Made by a program: the position numbers and the translations under genes. Below, in pieces: positions 1-11,608 of a stretch of DNA of 33,000 bases. Origin of the DNA: Gracilinanus agilis (lineage: Eukaryota); assembly GCF_016433145.1 (NCBI RefSeq), contig NC_058134.1:27746648-27779647 (forward strand), given 5' to 3'. Below the pieces are notes generated by a model, which saw nothing but the letters and a program-made list of their open reading frames with translations, was not told where the DNA came from and did not search any database. Position 1 is the stretch's first letter, and the number at the start of each line of letters is the position of its first letter.

Positions 1-87
1 AGCAGGGAGGCAGGGCTGTGTCTCCTAGTGTAAGCAAGGAAGTGTAAACTCGAGTACTTCTCACTAGAGAGATTCTTTTCCTTGTAG

Positions 88-136
88 GTATCATTCCTAT
101 CCATGGGGAACGAAGAACTATCCGAGTAAAAGATGA
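88..136 (+). CDS. Probable terminal coding exon of an unidentified gene (C-terminal peptide (x)YHSYPWGTKNYPSKR*)
   Basis: Polypyrimidine tract plus AG acceptor (ttcttttccttgtag, AG at 86-87). The phase-2 frame gives 15 codons and TGA at 134-136, followed by unique 3'UTR-like sequence with AATAAA at 872-877. Upstream exons lie outside the window and the gene was not recognised. Confidence 0.5.
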
Positions 137-1300
137 AAACCCCGCGTGGGAGTGGACGGGGTTTGTTTTTCCCAATGAAGTTAGCCCGCCAGGACTTCAG
201 TTATTAACCACGGGATGGCCAAAGGCAAAAGCTCTGCCTGAAGGGTATCGAAGACGAGAAACAAATGCTGAAATGAATCGTGGCCCTCTTTCTGGGGTCT
301 CTGCGGCTGCCATCCACAGCCCCTCCGTTTCCAGTCTCCGCCCCTGGCACGGGTCCAGGCACCTCCGTTCCTGCCACTCACTCAGAACGCTGCAAGTTTC
401 CTTTGCCGGGAGGAAACATTCATCCACGGAACTTTCTTCCATTTTTAAAAAAAAAAGTTTTTCTTATTTTTTTAAACAATGATTTGATCCTCAGGATTGC
501 TGGGAACTATGTTTGAGGGCACATAGCCTTCCTTGTCTCAAAAATAGGGATAGACTTGGGAAAAGGAGAAAAAAGAAAAAAGATCCAGATAACAAATTGG
601 GAGACTCGCTGTATCCGATTCTAATTTCGACAGAAATTCAAAACTGCTGTTTTCATTTTAAATGCGAGAATTGGCTTGCTATGAACCACCCGGGTGCTAG
701 GAAACGTCCACGTCGATACAGCGTAGACAGTATTTATAAGCCGTCCAGCTTGGGAGAATAACTGTCCATTTTTAAATTTTAGGCCAGAAGATGAGAATAT
801 ATTCATGTACAAAGTGTGCATATGTATGTGTGTATATATGTGTGTATATATATTGATATGTTTACCTAAGAAATAAATAGCTAGATGAAAGAAATGCTTT
901 GCTGCTAATCAAACCTTCAGGGCTGAACGAAAGCTGGAAAGGGGTCGATTCCTCCCTGGCTGAAGTCCGAGCATCCCCCCAACAAAGATGAAGTTTAAAG
1001 TCATTTAAAGAAGAAAATGATTGTGTCATGAACGTTAAGCTCTTGTATCTAGTGTGAACTCCTATAAGGAAGAACAGATACATTCTGTCCAGACACACAT
1101 CGGATTTGCGTGTCTTTAGATGTGTATTTATGTATTAGAATATCCAAATGCCAAATAGTGACGCTTCCCTTTATAAATCGGGCTTCTGACTACAAGAAAC
1201 ACCTACAAGAAACAGATGATTGCGTTTGTGTGTCTATACCCCTTCGGACACAGGCGTATATACACTGTTTCCTGTATAACCACCATGTAGCTCCTTTGAA
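137..1300 (+). other. Putative 3'UTR
   Basis: Unique non-repeat sequence after the stop, with TATTTAT AU-rich motifs (~732, ~1124) and AATAAA at 872-877. The 3' end cannot be determined from sequence. Confidence 0.4.
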
Positions 1301-1311
1301 ACTACAGTGTA

Positions 1312-1594
1312 GGTAGCTCAGTGGATTAAGAGCCAGACCTAGAGAGGGAATATCCTGGGTTTAAATCTGGCCTCAGACACTTCCCAGCTGTGTGACCCTG
1401 GGCAAGTCACTTAGCCCCCATTTCCTACCCTTACCGCTCTTCTGCCTTAGAACCAATACACAGTATTGGCTTCAAGACAGTATTTATTTATTTTTAATTA
1501 ATTGTTTTTAAATCTTTACCTTGGAGTCCAAGACGGAAGGTAAAGATTTAAAAACAATTAATTAAAAATAAATAAATGAATGAATGAATGAATG
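1312..1594 (+). mobile_element. SINE1_Mdo-like SINE (slightly 5'-truncated) with inverted tail duplication and (GAAT)n tail
   Basis: tRNA-derived head ggtagctcagtggattaagagcc and core ggcctcagacacttcccagctgtgtgaccctgggcaagtcac. 12-bp TSD aactacagtgta at 1300-1311 and 1595-1606. Confidence 0.92.
1482..1577. repeat. Perfect 41-bp inverted repeat with 14-nt spacer
   Basis: 1482-1522 is the exact reverse complement of 1537-1577; spacer ggagtccaagacgg. Confidence 0.97.
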
Positions 1595-4500
1595 AACTAC
1601 AGTGTATCTCGACAAGGCTGCAACACCTTCCCATGCCCTCCTTACTATCAGATACATTGTCTCCCTTAATTACGTTTAAATATGTAGCCCTGAAGGAGCC
1701 CACCTAAATATTGCTTTTATGCAAGACCTTTCGCTGACTTTCTTAAATATGTATTTGCATTTTTATTTGTACTTAGGGAAAGGATTTGGCTGATTATATA
1801 TTGCTAAGCTAATACATCTATTTAGCTTATTCTTTATTTTAAAATGGCCTAAAGAGAATAACTCATGCGATGTGATAGATAACCCTCTTAATAGGATCTG
1901 ATACATATTTTAAAATAACTTGAAATATTTTTTAAAAATAGACATTCCCATAAATTTTGCACCAATATCCCTAGAGGGTAGCAAAGGGAATCTCTCTTAC
2001 CAAATCAATGCACCATAATTTAAAATAAGAGTTATATCTCTAAGGTGATTGGAAATACTTTGGGGGGGGGGGGAATGTAATACTAAGAAAAGGAAAAAAA
2101 AATGTTTTTTCTATCGGAGCTTTCAAAAGCAGAGAGAAGTTGAGTGATCATGTAAGTCTCTCTCTTGCCTACAAAATATTTATAGGAGTTTCTTGGGGCA
2201 TCTGTTTTTGCTCACAATGACCCAATTATAAGATTAAAGGATCCATATTTGTAGTAGGGAGAAGAGCATTTAAAATATCTACATTACCAAAATTATCCAG
2301 CTTTTTTCTCTTCCAGTTCTCTGGCTTCTTTGGTCATACCCCACCCATGGAGATGATTTTATTTTCCTGCATGTTTTTCAACCAGAAGCAGACTCAGAGA
2401 ATCTGGATTAGTTAAAGGGTATATGCTAATCTGAAAACATCATGATTATTTTGATTAATTCAGAGAGGGATGATGAGTGAGCCCAGCAAGTCACTTAGCC
2501 CATTACTTTGACAACCAAGGGATGATTGAGCTTTCTCAAATCTATGGGCACAATGACAGTTCTTCATCCTTATGTAAATTCAAGTGTCAAGTCAAAGGTT
2601 AAGATGATTTCCCTTTGCCCATCCGCATCCTCATCTTGGCTCAAATATAATTTTTGTTCCTTGATCCTCTAATATGATATGTGACCTCTGGTGGTATGGA
2701 AAGCCTAGACAAACCTAGAAGAAGCCCGGAACCTCACCATGGGACAGAAACGAGTGTTTCTCTTTGCTAAAGTATTCCATGCATCCTGGGATCAGGGCTC
2801 ATCGTTTTGCCTCCTTAGGTAGTAGTGAGTAACAACTTCAATCATCAAAGTGATAAATACCCTTTCCAAATTGATGGGAAAATCCCCTCCCCATTTTTTT
2901 CTCATCATTTTGCTATTGTTGTTGTGTAAGGTATGTATAAATAACTAGCTATCTTCCTGAAAGTGTTTAAGTATTTAGGGTCATTGAATACACCAAAGTT
3001 AAATTTTTCTGAGTGGAAAGGGAGATCAAGACCATGAATAACAACAGCAACAAAACCAATGGATCCCTCTGCTTTCTGTCTTTCTCTGCCTATATACGTT
3101 ATTCCTTTTTTTTTTTTTTTTAAAGAGAGCCAGTTTTTCAATTGACCCCTTATACTACCATCATGCCACTCAAATGGATGATTCTCCTTGGGCATAAGCT
3201 GCCTGAAGGGCAGTTAGGTACCACTCAGGGCACTACCTAAGTATTGATTTCTATCCTAAGGGCCAGAAAGAGTTACTTTAGTTTCTCCAAAGACCTCACT
3301 AACTCCCTAACTAACAATGAAGCAAGGCTGGCTTGTAGAGAAACAGTCTATTAATTTTGCTTTTGACTATCTTAATCATCTTCCTGTGTGAACAAGCCCT
3401 TCTTTGAGCTGGGAAAGTCTTGATAATCTTTTATTGATTGCATTTCTCTTTTATTTTGCCTCTCTCTTCTGTATAATTTGTAATTATTTGTTGTGCGGTG
3501 AAAATCCCACTTAGTTCGTGTAATTCAAAGGGACTTAGCTTTGTATGGATAGAATACAAATGAGCCTGTTGGGATCATTTTTGATTCAAAAATGCTTCAG
3601 TTAATTATGTTTTTATCCATCGACTATGTCGGAACATGTGCTCTTGAACCTTATTTTACTCTTTTAAGTCCAGATTTTTCCATTCCCCATGAAGTGACTG
3701 GGACAAACAGACCTGCTTCTTGGGGATCAGAATTGTCCTCTCTCACGTGTTTGTTCTGCAAGACCCTTTAGGGCTAAACGATGACTAGTAATAATAACTT
3801 GGGCCCAGCACCAGAGGGTAATGGCAAGCAAAGTCTTTAGGGAAACCTGCTGAAGAAAGGCTTCCAAGTCGAGGGTGGATATTTGCACCTTCGTGTGCCT
3901 GGCTTTTGATGACTCTCTTTGGCAAACAAGACTTTCCTCTTTGGTCCATCGCTTAGTTTCCCCAATTGGGACAAGATGGAGCCCTGTTGATTGGAGGTCA
4001 ATGTTCTCCTTAAGGTGACCAGATGGGAGGACTTTTGATGCTCAAGCCCAGGTTTCACCTAGCTGTGCCACAAATGTTCACCAGCCGTTACCATGAATAT
4101 TTTGCATATGTGAAGACCATGATATCGCGTGGTTGTCCTTGATCAGTATTACACAGATAAAAAGCCACATCTTTGCTGATGGTTTCCTTAGATGGGCTTT
4201 CTGGAGTGGGAGGGCCAATGGGAGAGAAAATCAGTTCTGGCTCTGCTTTGGTTTTTGATTATTTAACCTTAGGTCCTCTGGCCATAACTTTAGCCTTTTT
4301 CGTGAGGGCAGAAACCTTTTAACTATGCCTTTAAATCCTTTTATGAGCTTTACCTTGCTTGCTTCTTGATTTTTTGCTAAAGCTCAGAATGAACGCTTTC
4401 AGTGAAAAAGGGACATGGCCAAAATGACTCACTTTGGTACCCCAGAATCAAGAAAAGATAAACGGGTCCATCTCTTGGCCCTGGCTGCTTAGGTGAAACT

Positions 4501-6231
4501 CCATCCAGATATTCCCTTGTTAGGTACAATTACAGGTCAGATGTACACATGTATGTCCATAAATACTTTGAAGTATGTAGGCCTACAGACATCAAGAAGG
4601 TGAAAAAGACACGCATACACAATATATATAGGATATACGTGTACATATCTACATCTATATGTATGTAACAAATTTTAAACATAGCACATACACGTGAAAC
4701 TTCAGATACCACTTAAATTGTATTAATTATTCTCTGATGGAAAATGTGCATACTTCATTCCTAAATTAGAGCTAGATTTTGTTTTTCTAGTCCAGGGCAC
4801 AGATATCCGTTAATACCAATTTTTCTATTAATGAGAAGATTCAAACGTTTTCTGGGAACTTCCACGTGTCATTATAGTCAAACAAAATATAGTCAAGAAG
4901 ACAATGTTGTTGATTATATATATATCTCTATATATTTGCTGTGATATTGCTTCGAGATCCACAAGAGGGATAAAAAGGACTTTACTGTTCTGAATAGATG
5001 ACTAATGGGCACTGCAGAGCCACGATAAATAGCTATTAAGTTTTTTTTCTTTTAAAGCTTGCTCGCTCACAAACACAGCAGCCTCATTGGCAGCTATTGC
5101 TAGAGATTTTTAGAGTGGTACCTTTTTTTGGTGCTAAAAATAGACTGCAATTAACTATGGCAATAATTCAATTTTCAACAGAAAACCCAACATCATTTGC
5201 CTAGAAATACAAAGCAACTTCCCGTGAAGTGGGGAGGATTCTTGGCCCTATATCCCGAGCCTCGTCTATAGAGTGGGGCATTGATTAAATACCACGATAA
5301 ACGTGATTGTTTCAAGTCTTTTCTTGGAGAGACACAATAAGTTTTTGAGCAAAGCCAAGAGTTTAGACATAAAAAAAAGAAAAAAATAGAAAAGTCCCCT
5401 TGACTGTCCTTTCAGTGTATTCACACTCATAGATGAATGCTTGAGTTTGATTTCATTTTCAAATATATGGATCGGCCCATGAAGAATTGCCTTTGGTTTC
5501 TGCAAAGATGTGCAAAACTGTTTCCATAAAATACACAGGGATTTGTGCCAGATATCTGAGAGTAGGGAGAAGCCATATATGAAAATAATTTAAGGGGCCC
5601 GCATCTTAAAGTCAAATTGTGATGGTAGCTCACAAAATAATATCCTTAAGTCATGAATAGTTCATCATTTCAAGTGCTTCTCACTTCAACATTCTGAAGG
5701 CTCATAGAACCTCTCTTCATATTAAAACTCCCCATGGAATAAAACAAAAGTGAAGGCCCTTGACCTCTATGGCTTCAGTCTTCTTTTGAGTATCAGGGTT
5801 ATTTTTAGGGACGTGCCACCTCAAGAAGGAATGCAGGTAGTATTTTTTATGAGCTCCATACAATTCATTCTTATATAAAGTGAAGAAGCAATCTGTTTCA
5901 GGCCAATGATGCCCCAAAGATGCAGGATACACTTAAATAATGCTGGGAGGAAGGCTGGCTTGTGACTTGACTGACCCTGGCCACTAGTGGCACCTTTGCT
6001 CTTTTTGACAGCAAAGGAAAGGGATGCTTTGGGGTATTTCTAGAAGTAAAATTTTTTCCTGTGCTCCTGGGAAATCTAGGCTAAGCCCTGAAGTAGAAAG
6101 AGTCCTAGCCTGGTCACTGTTAGATATTCCTTTAGAGATCATGCTCATTGTTGCCAGTGAAGAGCCCCAGAATTGCAGATGGGTCTTCTCCGTTCTTCTC
6201 TGCTCCCTTCCCACACTGCTTGCTGTGACCC

Positions 6232-6232
<1 letters not shown>

Positions 6233-6280
<48 letters not shown>
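6233..6280. repeat. (AC)24 microsatellite
   Basis: Uninterrupted AC dinucleotide run. Confidence 0.98.
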
Positions 6281-6286
<6 letters not shown>

Positions 6287-7296
6287 CTTTTGCTTTTGTT
6301 GTTTTTTGGAATAGGTATATTCCAATAGAAGGCAAAGGGTCCCAAAAGAGGCACATTTACCAGTGAGTGATCATTTGCTTGTAAATCACAGCCTCATGTC
6401 TCATTCACATTCCTCTACCAGGTTGCTAAGACCACCATATGCTGTAGTACATACTTGAGAGGAAACATTTCAGATTTTTTTCAGGTAAGTCCAGGTAATT
6501 TTGAAGAATCGTGCATTGAAAAGAGACAGCTTGGGGTTGTTTGAGTTGCTTTCGATAAGGCAATTGATAATGGAGCTGCCGAAAGATTCCATCATTTACT
6601 TTCTCCAAACCAACAAGCAACAATTTAAGAAATCCCTTTCAGTACATTTTGTCCACTGGCATTCAGCGGATCAGAGCTGAATTATAATGCTTCCTGTAGT
6701 CTATTGTTCCCAGTGGCAATTTGTGAGGTTCACGCAGAACAGAGCTGTCTTTGGAAAAGAAGTGAAACTCATAATCTCACATGGCCCAACCACGTCTCTC
6801 TCTGGATGGTCACAGTCCAGAAATGTGCAGGGACAAAAGATCCTGGCAGTGGAATGTTAATGTATACTGTATTATCTCCTCTCTTGTCCCCTTAGACAAT
6901 GATATCCCTCCATCCCCTGCCTTTCCAATGGTCTAGCAGAGGTCTCCTGTGGGGAGCCTGGTTTTATCATCAGTGGAAATATTTTTAGAGTCTTGGACTG
7001 TGGGGGATGATGGAAGTGAGGGAGGTGATCAGATCCAGACATTCTGAAGACACCCAAACCCTTCCTGCATGAACACACAGACATACTAGCAGACTGCTGG
7101 TGATCTGAGCAGCCAGATAGAGTTTGGGTCAGATTAGAACAAAGAAATGCTCCTGTGGAATCTTTATGTTCAAGAAATGTGAGCAAACTTTATTTTTGCT
7201 ATTGATTAAATATGTAAAACGTGAATGGAAATAAAACTTTATTTTCAGTCATTTTGATAATTGTCATCAATTTGCTTCCATAAGAACACATGGCTT

Positions 7297-7489
7297 GGGG
7301 GCAGCTGGGTAGCTCAGTGGATGGAGAGTCAGGCCTAGAGACGGGAGGTCCTGGGTTCAAATCTGGCCTCAGACACTTCCCAGCTGGGTGATCCTGGGCC
7401 AGTCACTTGACCCCATTATCCACCCTTACCACTCTTCCACCTATGAGCCAATACACAGAAATTAAGGGTTTAAAAAAAAAAGAAAAAAA
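7297..7489 (+). mobile_element. SINE1_Mdo-like SINE, full length
   Basis: ggggcagctgggtagctcagtgg head and A-rich tail. 13-bp TSD aagaacacatggc at 7282-7294 and 7490-7502. Confidence 0.95.
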
Positions 7490-7523
7490 AAGAACACATG
7501 GCATTTTGAAAACTGATCACAAA

Positions 7524-7615
7524 TGACGAAATGGCCAACTACTCCAGTATCTTTGCCAAGAAAGCCCCAGGTGGAATCAGGAAGATTTGGACATAACTAA
7601 AACAACTAAACAAAC
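7524..7615 (+). mobile_element. MAR1/RTE-type 3' tail fragment
   Basis: gaaatggccaactactccagtatctttgccaagaaagcccc...ggacataactaaaacaactaaac matches the RTE-derived 3' end typical of marsupial MAR1 SINEs. Confidence 0.7.
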
Positions 7616-8637
7616 CCTCTTCTATGTTGTAGAAAATAAACTTCCTGAGGGCAGGCACAGTTTCATTTCTGTATTCAAAATACCTCCTAACACACTATGT
7701 GCTACTTAATAATATTTATTCACTAATTATCCCCTCCTCGGTTTTGGAAATGTTCTTTTTGAATCTGCTTGGTTAAAATAGCTGGACTCGTTGACCACTT
7801 CTGGACACAGGCTGGAAGTTGTCATCCAGTTGACAACATTAAGAACCCAGATACATGAATGTGGCACCCAGAAACTAGAACTGGAATGAATTTTCAAACA
7901 ATGTAACCTCTCAGTTCTTCCAAGGACTTATGGTTTTGTCAGTGTGGATATTTCCTTCCTGGATATCCTTCAACAACTTGGGAAATAGTCTTCATAAGTT
8001 TCCATGGCTAAAAAAAATGGATTCTTCTGCAGCAAACTTGTAGATGAGCCCAATTTAGCCAGGCTGATCCTCAGGGAAAGACACACCATCCATTGGAGGA
8101 TTGGTACTCAAAGCTTTTTCAATTTGTTGGCTGTACTGGAGCTTCCACTGCCTTGCTTTTTGTGCCATGGTTATTTCCTTCCCACAATGAGGCACTAGAT
8201 AAGGATTTTAATAGGGGGATCATCTTTAGTTCCCCTTAAATTCACATTTCTTCTAAGAAAAAAAAAAGTTGTGATTTTTTCCCCCATTTTTTTTGGTTTG
8301 TTTCTTGGAGAAGTGCTTTCTATTTCATTATAAGGAAGGATAAGAACTTTCTCAAGGAAATGGTGATACACAAGTTGGAGGTGACACAAAGACTTTGCAC
8401 CTTGTATCTAACAGGCTGCTTTGTTCATTAGCTATACAAATCCAGTGCTGCTAGCTCAATAAATTGAGGAAAAAAAAGAAAACAGCAAGCCTTGGCCTAA
8501 TAAGCACATAGGGAAGTTAGCCTTTTTCCTAGATGTGCTCGGTGTGATCAGTTAGTTCCCTTAGCAGCCATCTGGATAGGAGGAACCCTCTGCAGTGTAA
8601 AAACAAGCATCCCCTATCTTCTTAAAACTTGGTGAAG

Positions 8638-8845
8638 GGGGCAGCTGGGTAGCTCAGTGGATTGAGAGCCAGGCCTAGAGACAGGAGGTCCTAGGTTCAA
8701 ATCCGGCCTCACACACTTTCCAGCTGTGTGTCTCTGGGCAAGTCACTTGACCCCCATTGCCCACCCTTACCACTCTTCCACCTATAAATCAATACACAGA
8801 AGTTAAGGGTTTAAAATAAAAAACAAAACAAAACAAAACAAAAAA
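8638..8845 (+). mobile_element. SINE1_Mdo-like SINE, full length
   Basis: Canonical head and core with (AAAAC)n tail. 14-bp TSD aaaacttggtgaag at 8624-8637 and 8846-8859. Confidence 0.95.
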
Positions 8846-9164
8846 AAAACTTGGTGAAGCACAATCTTTCCCCCTCTTAATTTAGCATTTTCCAGAAGTA
8901 GCAAATTGATTCTTCTTGGTAATTATGTTTATATGGCAAAGAACAGGAATTAAATAAGTGAATTAAAGAGTATAGTTTGATGCTGACTGCAAATCGCAAT
9001 TTTTAAAATATCTGTTAAGCAAAGACTAAAGGAAAATGCCTCCCATCTTTAAAAATCAGTGCTGTAATTCTGTTGTCAAAGCCTCCCTCATTTTTTCTGT
9101 TTTTTTTTTTAAAGGCTCTCCTTTAAAACATAGATTAATTTCATATTTTCTTGAAAGGTCTGAT

Positions 9165-9300
9165 CCAGTCAACAAACATATTGAGCCCTTACTGCACTCC
9201 AGGCCCAGTGCTAGGTGCTGTGGATACAAAAACAAAATGAAAAATAGTTCCTGTTCTCTGGAAGCTTCCATTCTCATTGGGGAGGAGGGTACTACAAGAC
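9165..9300 (-). mobile_element. L2 LINE 3' end fragment
   Basis: caacaaacatattgagcccttact...cagtgctaggtgctgtggatacaaa is the reverse complement of the L2 3' terminus. Confidence 0.7.
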
Positions 9301-9409
9301 ATCCATAGTCAAGTATGCCTGTTTCCCTTTGAGGAGAATGAAAAGAACACTTAATTAGAAACAAGATGATGACATGAAAAGATCACTGACTTTGGAATCC
9401 ACGACTGCC

Positions 9410-10420
9410 TTCTTTAATGCTGCTCTTTCCTTCTTTCCTCCCAAAGAATGAGTTGGCAGACTCCTTGCTCCCCACTGCCATTTCAAGATCCTCCCTCTTC
9501 TAACATCATATCTTGAACATGACTTCCTTTAACTCATTTTGACCCATTCTTTGTTGCCATGATCTGCTTTCTTCAAGTCACTTTACCTCCTTTTTCAAGG
9601 ATTTTTGGTCTAGATTTTAGTCTTCTCCATTCCAACCCTTGCCCTATAACTGGAGTATAGCTACAATGATGTCCTCTGAAACATTTCTTAATTGATTAAT
9701 GTATTCAACACCAACTACATGACCTACATCCTTATTGTATCTTAGTTATCTACAGGATTAGACATTCCATAGTCTATATTGTGACTCAGAACCATCATCT
9801 CCTGTTCTGCCATCATTTCATGTGCTTTAATCCCAAATTGATTCTTCATCTGCATCCCAACATCTATTTCCTGTGTTTCTCCCTATTTTCCTCTGACCTC
9901 ACTTTCCTCTCTTCATAGACTCAACCCTATAAAGAACTATTTTAATTACACACTCATAAATCTTGCCCTCCCACCCCCCACTATCCAACTGCCTTCATGA
10001 CTTACCCAGGCCTTAATCTTGACTCAACCTCACCATATATGCCTTTTGTCTAAATTAGCCCTCAAGTGTTTTTACCCTTCCTTCCTGCTGGGACTGGGAT
10101 CTTCCCTATTGATTTATCTGTGTGAGGGATTTTCTTTTATTTTTTCTTCATATCTTTGGTTTTCCACCCATTTTCTTGTATTCCTTAACTCGCAATCTAA
10201 AATCCTTTCTCTTTGTTAGTAAACAGATCTGAAGCAAGGGTGGTCTTCCCTCCTCAGGTTGGGGTTTTAGGGTTTGCCAATGAGTCCCTGCCCTAAGCAG
10301 TCTGCCAGAACTGAACCCATGGCTTCTTTCTTTTAGACCTAATGCAGTCATCCTCACTGGCATTTCTCCTGATTCTTCCTTCACATTCCTTTCCTTCACA
10401 TTCTTGGATAAAATCAGCAT
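9410..10420 (+). mobile_element. Degraded L2 ORF2 fragment
   Basis: CT-rich sequence resembling the L2 endonuclease/RT region; boundaries approximate. Confidence 0.45.
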
Positions 10421-10556
10421 TATCTATTTCTTGCAGAGTTGGGATTGGAACAATGCAGCAATGGGGAATTCAAGGGACCACAGATACAAATCCATGAAGT
10501 TTCTTGTGTTTATTCCAGCTACAGTGTGGAAACTGTAACTAGAGGGTTCTTAGTGA

Positions 10557-11091
10557 TGTGATGATTATAAATTCTGAGACTGGCTTCTGGGTAAGAAAAT
10601 CAATTTATTGATCAGGCTAGTATTACTACAATTAATGGTCAGTGATCTCAGTAATCAAAGACAAGGAAGTCCCCTCAAGCAGATTCATAAATACAATTTG
10701 AGGAGCTTGTTATTCAACCCCTCCTTTGGATATCCCAAGACATGTCTAATTGGTGGTGGTCCATCAAAACTCTCAACTCCTCTTCATCCCTTGGGTGATG
10801 GTGGTCAGTTACAAAATTGATCCTTTGTCTCCCAATGACTAGGAGGAGAAATCAAATCCTGGCCAGTTAGGAGTGTTATTAGCAGTAGTTCCTAGTCAAA
10901 GTTCTATCTTATTTACTGAGGAAGATGAATCTATTAATCTCTCCTTTCTATCTACCAAGCTCTAGAGTGGAGCATTCTTTAAAATTCCTATGAACAAAGA
11001 AATGAGTACAAAGGCCAAGGAACTGATCTGAGCCTCTAATTCAAAAGCCAGGTACAGAAATAATCCAGTATATTAAAAGTAAGTCTTCCCA
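10557..11091 (-). mobile_element. Possible solo LTR
   Basis: TG...CA termini, candidate 4-bp TSD gtga (10553-10556 and 11092-11095) and a minus-strand AATAAA near 10605. The TSD could be a chance match. Confidence 0.4.
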
Positions 11092-11414
11092 GTGAGGATT
11101 GAGTTTTTAACTGTTTTAACTGTTAAGTATTAAAATTTTCAGGATTTAATAAAATCTATTAATAATAAATTAAATAAATAAATAATGAATGAAACAAATA
11201 AAATTTAATATTTAAAGGATTTTTGCCTTGGTGAGAATCTTTTCCTTTGAGGAGTTAACTATAAATATTCTACATATGGAAAATAATTCCTATTTCTAAT
11301 TCTTAGTGTTCTCTTCAAATTATCTCATATACGCTTAAATATGGACATGGTGTAGTACCCTCCCCCACCAACAGAGGGTTCAAGAGGATTGGAGAAAGTA
11401 ACTCCCCACCATAC

Positions 11415-11608
11415 TCTATGCTGGGTGATCTCATCAGTTCCCCTGAATTCAATTCTCTTTACTATGCTGATGACTCTCAGATCCAATTATCCATCCCTAA
11501 CCTCTCTGCAAACTTCCAGCCCACATCTCCAACTGCCTATTGCTCATCTGGAACTGGATGTCTTGTAAACATCTTAAATTCAACATCTCTCAAACTGAAC
11601 TTCTACCA
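11415..11608 (+). mobile_element. L2 RT fragment (YADD motif), interrupted by an LTR
   Basis: Encodes ...FNSLYYADDSQI..., followed by ccacatctccaactgcctattg...aaactgaact typical of L2. L2-like sequence resumes near 12400. Confidence 0.75.

Noticed and set aside
86-93. AG|GT recursive splice site
   Set aside because: The reconstituted donor GTATCA is a weak match to GTRAGT; an ordinary acceptor is the simpler reading.
2062-2073. G12 run as a G-quadruplex element
   Set aside because: Isolated homopolymer with no supporting context.
5984-6356. Several overlapping ORFs with CV/HT repeats
   Set aside because: Produced by the (AC)n microsatellite; no coding signature.
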